A DNA stretch of 64,000 bases from the NCBI GenBank assembly GCA_051294375.1, contig JBJCIZ010000040.1:228330-292329 (forward strand), given 5' to 3'. Of the stretch, positions 41,742 to 53,500 are shown piece by piece. Source of the stretch: Paraspadella gotoi. Taxonomy: Eukaryota > Animalia > Chaetognatha. Position 1 is the first letter of the stretch, and each line of letters opens with the position of its first letter. The notes beneath the pieces were generated by a model. The model worked only from the letters and a program-made list of their open reading frames with translations. It had not been told where the DNA came from and did not search any database. The position numbers were made by a program, and so were the translations under genes.

Positions 41742-44700
41742 GACGGACATCTTTTTTTTTTTTGCATAATTTATCTAGAACAAAGTTTGAAGAGAGATTT
41801 AACAACGATTTTTATTTCATAGTGAAACGGACATGTTTCGACTCACATACGAGTCTTCTTCAGCGCCAATTCAATTTGTGAATTTGAAGAGAATTTTGTG
41901 CATAAAGAAAGAGAGAGAGAGAGAGAGAGACAGAGCAAAGTTTCCAACACAGAGTTTGAGAGAAAGGATAGTGTTCAGTTTTTTATTAGGGACAGGTGAA
42001 GGTGAGGACAGAGATAGTTTGTGAAAAGAAATTGAAATGGAGAGAGAGAGAGAGAGAGACAGTGCCTTAAAATATATTACATTATGAAATGTACAACAAT
42101 GTTAAAATTTGGTAAACTTTAATAATTTATCATAATTCGATGTTCTGACATGATATAAGTGTGTGCCCGACAATATTGAGGGGGCGGACCGACGGACCGA
42201 CAAAGTGAATTATAGAGTCGGGATCTGCTGATAAGCAGATCCGACTAAAAACTATCGTGAATACTAATCTGTAGTTTTTTTCTTTTTACTAATAGTAATA
42301 TAGTAGCCCATTTAACCTATTTTGTTCTACCCTTATATAATGTCAAAATTTAAAAATATTTTTTTTGTAATTCTGATAATAACAGAATCAGATTCCTTAT
42401 AAAAAATTTACAAAGAAAATAGAAATCTTTTTTAAAAATAATGTCATTAAGTAGGTTTAATTTAAAAAAAACTATATTTGTAATTATATATTTTTACAAT
42501 TATGACCAACTTAATAAAAAAATTTAAAAAGAATTCTACTTTTTTCAATCAAATTTTACTAATGAATTCAAATCCGGTGTTGCAATTTCAAAATTTTCAT
42601 TTTGAAATTATAACCTTTTATATACTTCCTAGTTATCACTATAATAAATAAAACTCACTAATGCTAAAGTTTAAAATGAAAAAATAGATTTAGCAAAGTA
42701 TTTTTTTAGTTGCTGTGATAGTGAGCTGATCCAGCCTTGTTTGCTCAAAATGTTTAATAAAATTTTCTTATATCATGTTTGCAGCCTGGGCAATTTCAAA
42801 GAAGAAAAGGGCAAACAGCCTGTAAAACATGTCCTAAAGCATTTTTTTCAAGTAAACCGGGATCTATCTCATGTAGCAGATGTAAAGAAGGCAGTATAAA
42901 TGATAAAACTGGAGTTTCTGAATGCACTATTTGTGAGCCTGGGACGATTTCTGTGGATGCTGTTATATGCAAAGAGTGTGGAGTGGGCAAGTTTTCTATG
43001 AAAAGTAAAAAAGTAAGTAATTTTAAATACTAAATATTGTGATATAATCCTTTCTTTTCATTGTGTTTAGGATTTAGAAAGAGTTTGATATAAATTTTCA
43101 ACAACGATTTTTTATTTTCATAAAGAAAAAGGATATGTCTCGGCTTATATTTCAAGCCTTTACGAGTTTGTGAAACATTTTGCCAATATTTCATAAACTG
43201 TTAAACACTGATAAAGTGACTTTATTTTCACTGATAAAGTAACTTTATTTTCACGTGTATTTCTCTTTGAGTAAAAAACTTTTTTAACCCTTGCATTTAT
43301 GACATTTACTGCATCAAGTTTTTTATTCCTTATAGTAGGGGTAGCTGCACTCAATGGGGAGAGTCAAAAATTTAGGGCGAGTACAAGCTCAAACGAAAAT
43401 TTGTACATTTTCAAGTATACTTTCAATGGACAAAAAATTTCTTATATGGCTCTAAACCCTAGTAATTATTGTTTTAATATTTATTTATAGATAAGAAAGG
43501 CCAAAAATTTTTTTTAAAAATCTGAATTTTAAAACTAGATTCAGAGAGCTCATAAAAACTTGTCTACACAAGGTATACTTCTTTTTTAAATATTTTTATC
43601 ATAAGTAAGTCAAAAATAAGAAAAACTCTAAAAAAATCGTTATCATCATCATCTTTCGATTTTATCAGTTTTTTATATTTTTTACTGAGAAAACGTAAGA
43701 AAAGCTGTAATTATATTTCTTGTTTAACTTTTTATGCTCTATCAGAATCCATCAAAAAAATTTTAGATTTCCAAAATTTTTTTTTCTTTATATAGTATCA
43801 CGGTTCATTTTTACATCAATTTAATCGGCATGGAGTGCAAGAAATGAGATGTCCCGGGATACGTTTCCGGACCTTTGGGCTACACAAAAAAAGGGTAATC
43901 AAATTTTTCCTAATGACAGTTTTTTATAAATTAATATTAAAATTACCTATATAAAATCAATAAAGTAGAATAAAAAAATTAAAAAATGGTTTAATTTTTT
44001 TAAAAATGAAAATATGCATCATCCATAATCTATGAACAATTTTCTTTCGTTTGAGTCCATTTTTTTTAGCATAATAAACATAATTATTAATTAATTGTTC
44101 ATGATGCTTTTAATAGCTACTGGTCAGTTGTATCATTTTCAATTATAATAATTTTATAACTTTTTTTATTTTTAATAATACTGACTGCTATATTTACTTA
44201 CCTTTGACAAAATCCAAAAATTACTGGTATTAAAAATTATGTATGAAACAGACGAAAACTTTTTTTTAAATCACATGCTATTTAATTGTTTGAACTGATA
44301 TAATATTATCCTTGGACAAAATTTAAAAAGTTTTAAACAATCCCAACTAGACATTTTTAAGGTTGTCAAATGTATAAATATTTGATATTCGGACTGCTTT
44401 GTAGGTTTTAACTTAATTCAGTAGCCTCTTTTAATATGACATTAAAGCAGTATATTTAACAGTTTTTTTATTTGGAGTGGGCATCAAAGTTCTAATACAT
44501 ATTAACATCAGTATATTTGTTAAGTTTAGTAGATTCCTCTATAGATTTTTTAATTTTTGAAAACATTTTACTTTTTTTTTCTATAATTTTTTTGACACGC
44601 AAAACGTTTCTTTGATTACGCGAAAGAGAATGTAAAAAATTAAAAATAAATAGTACCAATAGTTAGAGTTATGTCTAGAATAGATGAAAAAAAAACCTTG

Positions 44701-47494
44701 TTTAAAAATTTGATTGGGAAGTGGGCTTACCAACGGTATCCTCCATGCTGATCGTTCTCTCAATTAATTTTTTTAATTTAATACATTTGAAAGGGAAAAA
44801 AAGAAAATTCAGAATGCAGGTGGCATAAAGGGTAAAGAAAATCTGTACATAGTGACATGATAATAATGACCTTTTATGTCTTGCGTAATGGGGGCAGTAA
44901 AGAAACCTTAAAAAATGCAATCATTAAGTCAGTCAATGAACCCTTTTCACGAATTTTTTTTCTTAATTAAAATGGATGATAAATAATAGAATTAAATTCT
45001 CTTTTATAAAGGTTGTTATATTTAAAAGAAAATTAGCAATACAATTCAACACAATGATGTCTTGCTTTGTCAAATATGTCAAATAAGTAATTTTTTAAAA
45101 TTTTATTATGATAAACAAGCAGTATATCAAGCTTTTTCTTTGCAGTTGAAGATAATGAAAAATGATTATTTTTTTTCACAGACAAGAAGGTAGACGTCCA
45201 GACTGTTTATATCAAGCTGAAAACATTTTATTATTTATCATTTTTCAAATTTAAAAAAACATTTTATCAAGCTACTACAAATTTTTTGCTTGTTTTTTAC
45301 TTTAACTAAAAAATACAAGCAAATTTATAAAGTAGAGAAAATTTAATGATAATTAAAATGTAATTCAGACTTTCCTCTTTCAATTTACAAAAGAAAACAA
45401 AAAACTTCATATGCCTTCATTGAAATTTGTAATGCAAAAAACTGTTATACTTTTAACTCGTATTTAAATAAAAACTGTGTAAAGATTTATGGATAAAATT
45501 TAACAAAACTGTTCTAGAAATGTGTCCCATGATTAGGGCTTTAATTTGATACCACACCCACCTTGCTCCCTCTTTTTTTTCAAAAGATATTCAAGAAAAT
45601 AACTTTTTTTATTACTTTTTTGCATCTTGCAGTTTTTTTTAAACAACCTAACTTTTGGCCTTAAAAATGTCTAGTTGGGATTGTTTAAAACTTTTTAAAT
45701 TTTGTCCAAGGATAATATAATATCACTCCACAAAATTAAATAGCATCTGATTTTAAAAAAAGTTTTCGTCTGTTTCATACATAATTTTTAATATCAGTAA
45801 TTTTTAGATTTTGTCAAAAGTAAGTAAATATAGCAGTCAGTATTACTAAAAATAAAAGAAGTTATCAAATTATTATAATTGAAAAGGATACAACTGACCA
45901 GTAGCTATTAAAAGCATCATGAACAATTAATTAAAAATTATGTTTATTATGCTAAAAAAAATTCAAAGTTATAAATTTTTTCATATATTTATTTATTTAA
46001 ATTATTTATTTTCTATGTCAAAACATAATCATAATAAACTTACTATATATGTATTTGACAGCCTATATTAGGTAGGTAAGTCCCTTATAATATAAATTTT
46101 TCTTCAATCATTTGGCATAGTTATAATTTTTTTTAATTTAAATTATCTGAAAAAAAATTAAAATAATATTTTAATAAAGAAAAGTTAATTACAAATAAAC
46201 TATTAAAGATAGAATAATGGTTATGGACTCAAACGAAAGAAAATTGTTCATAGATTATGGATGATGCATGATATTTTCATTTTTAAAAAAAATTAAACCA
46301 TTTTTTAATTTTTTTTATTCTACTTTTTTGATTTTATATAGGTAATTTTAATATTAATTTATAAAAAAACTGTCAATAGGAAAAATTTGATTACCCTTTT
46401 TTTGTGTAGCCCGGAAACGTATCCCAGGACATCTCATTCTTGTGCACTCCATGCCGATTAAATCTATGTAAAAAGGAACCGTGATAGTAATATAATAATT
46501 TTAATAATAATTTTCAACAGAAAAAACAATTTCGAACAAAAAATATTTTAATACTATAATCTATGCTCATGATAGATTATTTTAACGCTGTAAGCTATGG
46601 CTACTTATAGTTTTAGGATTTCCTGAAGGCGAATTCTGAGCAAACAATGTCGGATCTGCCCACAATCATTGGCGGTAATTAATTAATTATATTTAGTTTA
46701 TATATAACTATATAAACTAAAATAATAATTTAATTAATAACTTAATTATTTTGATCAAAAATGTTTGTTTTTAGGTCTTTTCGTCACTGACCACGACAAA
46801 AGCAACGACGACGATGATGGCGATGACGACAATAATGCCACTCAGACGATTCCATCGAAACTTGATTTCCAGCTTAATCACACACTTTTCTACCCACATC
46901 AAAATTTCAAGTCAATCGACCAATCCACTCATGAGCATGTTCAAATAGTGAAATATATTTTTTGATTTTTTCCATTTAAACTCATTTCCATTCGCACGAT
47001 TCCATCGAAACTTGATTTCCAACTCAATCACACACTTCTCTACCCACACTCAAAATTTCATTCCAATCCATCCATCCAATCACGAGTTATTGAAGTTTTT
47101 TGCTAAGGTAGGATGGACGGACGGACGGAAGACAGACAGACAGACGGACGGACATCGTTTTTTGCATAATTTATCTCTTACCTGTTTATCTTAACTATCC
47201 CTCACAAACTATCCTTTTCCATTTCATTTTCAATATTTCAATATTTCAAAAATGCACAAACAGCCTAATTTAATTTATTTCAATCTTTGTTATGTCTAGT
47301 TTATAATATTATTTATCTTTGTTGTACATTGCCTAATGTATACTATTATTTCTCTCTCTCTCTGTGTCTCTCTCTCCCTCTCTCTCTCCCTTTCACCAAT
47401 TTCACATTCACTCTCCTTTTTATCCCTGTCCTCATCTTCACCTGTCCTCACATCTGACCACTTTCCTTTACTAAATTCTTTGTTGGAACTCTCC

Positions 47495-47527
<33 letters not shown>

Positions 47528-50500
47528 AATGTTTGTGAAATAAATTATTTGTGATTTCAAATGCTGATGAAGGCTTGAGTTGTAAGCCGAAACATGTCCA
47601 AAGTTAATAAAAAAAACTTTATTGTTCCACGAAAATTTTCGTTTTTAACTAATCTCAACAAACAACAAAAGAAAGGATAAATACAATAGCATAATTTATC
47701 ATAATTCGATATTCTGAGATGATATATGTGAATGCCCGACAAGATTGAGGGGGCGAACTGACGGACCGACAAAGTGAATTATAGAGTCGGGATCTGAAAG
47801 CAGTTCCGACTAAAAATTATACAATTTTAAAAAATGATGCAAGTAAAAAAAAATTGCAAGTTAAAAAATTATGCCAGTGAAAAAATTATGCAAGTTAAAA
47901 AAATTATGCAAGTTGAAAAAATTATTCAAGTAGAAAAATTATGCAAGTTGAAAAAATGATGCAAGTGAAAAAAACGATGCAAGTTGAAAAAATGCTGCAG
48001 GTTAAAAAATGATGCATGTTACAAAAATTATGCAAGTTACAAAAATGGTTCAATTAACAAAAATGATGCAAGTTAAAAAAATTATGCGTGTTGAAAAAAT
48101 GATGCTAATTGAAAAAAATGATGCAAATTTAAAAAATGATGCAAATTAATAAAATGATGCAGGTTGAAAAAATGATACGTGTTGAAAAAATGATGCAAGT
48201 TTAAAAATTATACGAGTTTAAAAACTGATTCGAGTTTGAAAAATGATGCAAGTTGAAAAAATGGTGCAAGTAAAAAATGGTGCAAGTTTAAAAAATGATG
48301 CCAGTAAAAAAAATGATGCGAATTGAAAAAATATTAATAGTTAAAAAAAATATTTACATGTATTGGCGCAGCCATTGGGGTTAGTATCACAAATTGAAAG
48401 AATTATTGTAATTTATCATCTGATTAGCTGATTACCGCTTTATTAGGCAGATCCGACATTGTTTGCTCAAACGTGATTTTTAATTTCGTTATCTCTCTTT
48501 TATTACAGAACTCTTAGTTTTTACCTTGTGTCCGAATTGTACTGTTTGTTAATAAAAGCTGACTGCTCCTACACCAATTAAAATAATTGAAATCAATATC
48601 ATGAATAAGAGCAAGCAAAGCAACCTCCAGTAGTTATCACTTAAAGTTATTGGTAAAATTTTTTTCAGAAATTTTTTTTAATAAGAATGAATAAATTATA
48701 TATTTTTTGACACACTGTATTATTATGTTGCGAGATACAAATTAATTTGCTCCATCTACTGAATCAAGTTAATTTTATAATTTTTTCTTAGGGCTAATAG
48801 AAATTAAATATTTTTTTTTTGAAGTGACCGAAAGGAGAGAGGGTCGCCATGCATCTATGTGAGTGTGGATAAACACCACACTTAGTGTGCCCAGTGGGTC
48901 TGGGAGATTATTCCGTCAGTTGCCCTGCTTTCAAGAACTTCTGATCCGGCGGTAGGCTTGCTACCGGTAGTTTAACCAGCCCTTCACTCTTTTTGCAAGG
49001 ACTGTTCCGACCAGGACGAGAACACGTGACCTTTGGGTTCGGAGACGGAATGTGAGCCCAGTGCGCTATTATTGCGCTGATGGATGGAACAGTAAGGCGG
49101 AACAGGTTACAAACTAACAAAAGTCCGGTATAAATATTGTTAATGTGTTTATTAAAGATCGTGAAAATAAAAAAAATTAAGATTTATCTTCCTCTATAAT
49201 TTTTTTATTTTGTCAGAACGTTTTACTCTTTTTTTTCCATATTTTTTGACACGCTAAACGTTTCTCTGATTACGCAAAATATCATGTAAGCAATATAAAA
49301 TTAATATAACTAATAGTTAGTATTTTGTCTCGAATAGATGGGAAAAAAAAACCTCGTTTAAAAATTCCATCGGGAAGTGGGGTAACTAAGGCTTACCAAT
49401 AGCATCCTCCACACTGATTGTTCTCTAAATAATTTTTTTTATTTAATACATTTGAAAGGGAAAAAAAGAAAATTCATAATGCAGGTTACAGAAAGCGTAT
49501 AGATAAACAGGACATACTGGCACAATAATCATGACCTTTAATGTCTTATGAAATGGGGGCAGTAAAGAAAACTAAAAAAATCGATCATTAAGTCAGTCAA
49601 TGAGCCCTTTCCAATTGGCTATTCCGCGAAATTTTTTTTCTTAATTAAAATGGATGATAAATAATAGAATTAAATTCCTAGTATAAAGACCATTATATTT
49701 AAAAGAAAATTATAAATACAAATAAACACAATAATGTCATGCTTTGTCAAATATGTCGCCAGCTATGTAATTTTTTAAAATTTTATAATAATAAATAAGC
49801 AGTGTGTCAAGCTTTTTGTTTGCAGTTAAAGATAAAGAAAAATGACCTTTTTTTTCACAGAGAACAAGGTAGACATCCAGACTGCTTATATCAATCTGAA
49901 AACATTTTTATATTTATCATTTTTAATATTTAAAAAGACATTTTATCAGGCTATTACAACAAATTGTGCTTGTTTTTTACTTTAACTGAAAAATACAAGC
50001 TTATTTATGCAGTAGAGAAAATTTAATGGTAATCAAAATGTAATTCAGTCTTTCCTTTTTCAAATTACAAAAGAAAAATAAAAAATTTCATATGCCTTCC
50101 TTGAAATTTTTAATGAAAAAAAATTGTTATACTTTTAACTCTAATTTAAATAAAAGCTGTGTAAATAATTATGGATAAAATATAATAAAACTACTTTAAA
50201 ACGATGTCCCATGATTAGGGCTTTAATTTGATACCACGCCCACCTTGCTATCTCTTTTCTTTAAAAAGTTCTTCAAGAAAATAACTTTTTTTACCATTAA
50301 AGAACTAAGGATTTGAACTACGCAGTACAAATCTTTGTTAAATAAAAATTTCGGCTAAGCGGGAGTATCTCACTTAATACTATTAGTACAACACCTAAAT
50401 TTTAATATAAAACTTGAAGAAAAATTTGTCGTCATCTAGAGACATATCACTTTCAGTTGTACCCATCGCATAACTCATTTATGGTAAATGCTTGAAGAAA

Positions 50501-53500
50501 TCAGCGAAACGTTTTCTCTTTTTTTAAAATAGTTATTTAACTTTTTAATCTTTATCAAAATCCATTTTTAAAAATTTAAATTTCTTAAAAAATTTTTTAA
50601 GCATTTCTTATATATTGTTAAATATTAAAATGCTTCCATTCATGAGGAAAATTAATTTAATCAAAATCTAACATCATAAGTCAATTTGGTTGTAAAAGGA
50701 CAAAAGACTTTTAAGACTTTTTCATATTGTAAAACATGTTAAATTTTGGCCCGCCTTAATGGAACAGTCATATCCAACCAGTTGATTTAAAATCTAACAT
50801 CATAAGTCAATTTGGTTGTAAAAGGACAAAAGACTTTTAAGACTTTTTCATATTGTAAAACATGTTAAATTTTGGCCCGCCTTAATGGAACAGTCATATC
50901 CAACCGGTTGATTTAAAAACCTTTTTGTTATATACATTGTAATTTTAGTGTGACCTTAAGTTATTTTTTTTTTTCAGAGTGATGTTGGACATACAATTTG
51001 TGTCCTATGTCCTCAAGGATTTTATAGTAACATCCCAAAGCTTGGTGTAATGTGTAGTAAATGTCCATCAGGATGGTATTCTAACAGAAGAGGTTCAACA
51101 AAGTGTATCGAGTGTAAACCGGGTACTAAACTAGTTAACTCTAAAACAGGATGTGAAAAATGTAAAATTGGTGAATACCAATCTAAGTCTGCACAAAGGA
51201 GATGTATATTTTGTGATAAGGGTCACTATTCCAAAGCTGGTGCGAAAATATGCAATAAATGTCCAAAGGGGTATTTCCAATCTGATCGTGGACAAGGAAA
51301 ATGTATAATATGTGGAAAAGGAAGATACAGGTGAAATGAAATGTAAATTGTCTCATATTTTGATAAATTTTTGGTAAAGACAGTTTTTGTTTTTATTGAA
51401 TATTATGATTATGCTAAGTTATTCATATGTAGATTTAAATTTTCTGTAATGTACTAAAAAATTAGTATTCGTCTTAAACTCCCTCCTGTTAATTTTAGTT
51501 AAAGGTTTTATATATGATTAAACTATGACAAAAGAAGCCACGTTTTTTTAGTATATTTTTTTACCAGCTGATGAAGAATGATGGCAACATATATATAATT
51601 AGAAATATCATAAAGCTTTGAAAATTCTTGATTCTTGCAAAATTTTTGGTGCCAACGAATATCACAAAACAATTTTTGCGTCAAACCACTTCCGGTTTAA
51701 AATAAAGTTACTAATCACCCTATTAGAGATTATTTTTTCATTTTGCTTCATAAATAATTCCAAAAGTATTATTGCAAAACATTCCATCTTAGAAATTATT
51801 TATTTTTTTAAGCCAAACCTGCCTAGACCAAACTTATCAACCAATTTCAATAAAATTTTATATGAATGTATTATTTGATTGTACAAATAAAATTTTTTAA
51901 GTGATTTTAAATATTTAATCCATAAGCCAAGATATTGGCTATTATAGGGTCGACCAAGTGTTGCAAAAAGGTAGTAGTGAATTAGAAGAAAGATGCCTTG
52001 GCATTTGTGGCTAGCAAGACTCCCACTTAACCCTAACCAAACCCTCAACCAAATCCTAACCTGGGCCTCCTGTCTTCTAAAACCATAAAGAGCATCGAGG
52101 GAATTTTTTTAAATTTCAAAAATGTGTATTTTTGGGAGCCCTAATATGAGTATAAAAATATTTAACAAAATTCATAATTTCAATTGAAACACTGCTCCTG
52201 ATATAATCTTTTTTTTCACATATTTTCCCAAAAGGAGCTTTGTAAAATATTATGCCTCGCCATTTTGTCTTTTTCTTCTCTCAGCCAAACTTTTATTTTT
52301 GACCGTACATAAACTGTCCTCACGCGTTCGGCCAATACCTTTTCTGGTTATTTGTTGGTCTTTTGTCGTTCCCTATGTCGTAATTTGGCGAGACTTAAGA
52401 TAATTATTCAGTTCGTTTTTTAACATCTCTAAGTAGTATTGTCCGTCCTCAACTACAGTTTTACAGGATTTTTTTGATATTTGATGTAAAATAAAGTTAT
52501 CAAACCTTCATGGCTACAATCTATTCATAATTTTACTGGATATTCAACGAAACATTCATAGAAACCTACGTCAGTCTTTCACGGGACGGACAACGCTGGT
52601 ACGCTTGATATCGCGAGCATGAAATAACAAGTTATTTCACAAGCTTCTTTAAATTTTTATATTTAAGTAAAGTTTGAAAACACTTTATTAAAAAATGTAT
52701 TTTTAAAATAAACATGTTAAAATGAAAATTAACATATTTGCACTGTCATACAAGTTTTATAAATTATCAAATTTTGGGGATTTTTGCGATTTGAAATAAC
52801 CTAACTTTGATTAAAAATTTGCTAAAATTCCCAATGACATGGGGACTCATAATTTTCTTTATTGTAACTGGGACATGTGAATGTGATAGATGGGTATTTT
52901 ACTAACCATGAAATTGCTAATCATTTTTCACAAAATTACAAATTAGTCTATGATGATTTTAATGCAAACAGCAATTCTCGTCTTAAGTCTGAATTTTCAG
53001 AAAAGTATAAAAATTATTGTGAATCATTATCTCAACAATCGATTAGACCTTATCTAATATCTTGGGATGAATTTTTAACAGCTTTATATTTGGGAGAGAA
53101 AAACAATTTATTTGTTTTTATCAACGAATTGTATTATTGTTAAGACATGTTTCGACTCTTGAGTTTTAGAGTGTGAATTATCTTCTTGTATTTCACGCTC
53201 GCGACGTCAAGCGTTCGAGGCGTCGTCCGTCCCTTGTGAGTTTAAGGTAGGCTTTTTATGAATCTTTTCTGATTCATGAGGAAATTGAATGAATACAAAG
53301 TGGCGATGAAGGTTTAGAAACTTTTATTTGTATTTACCTGCATAAAAATCTCGTGAAACTTAAGTTGAGGACGGGCGATGCTACTTTAGAAAGCCATAAA
53401 AATGAACTAAATATTTCTGTTGAGTCTCCGCAAATTATGACAAAATATCGACAAAGATTCGACAAATAACCAGAAAAACAATTTTGGCCAAACGCGTGAG

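Larger units (their letters stand above)
33205..42251 (-). mobile_element. HINE (reverse orientation) expanded by nested insertions
   Basis: 3' end GAGCAAACAATGTCGGATCTGCC at about 33207-33230; 5' hairpin GTCGGGATCTGCTGATAAGCAGATCCGACTAAAAA at about 42217-42251; family sequence resumes across the PLE insertion (34385 to 41357). Confidence 0.7.
46636..47815 (-). mobile_element. HINE (reverse) containing a hammerhead-bearing insert
   Basis: 3' end GAGCAAACAATGTCGGATCTGCC at about 46638, 5' hairpin at about 47786-47815, (GACG/GACA)n. Confidence 0.75.

Noticed and set aside
41502-41881. ORFs such as MSVRLSVCLSVCPSVRPS and RERERE-type ORFs (47296-47554, 57185-57490, 59951-60193)
   Set aside because: Translations of (GTCT/GTCC)n and (GA)n microsatellites in repeats
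33852-48330. Regularly spaced short repeats resembling a CRISPR array
   Set aside because: Units are contiguous with no unique spacers; eukaryotic context and no cas genes
52025-52062. Telomere-like TAACCC repeats
   Set aside because: Only one or two exact units in a degenerate stretch; not an interstitial telomere array
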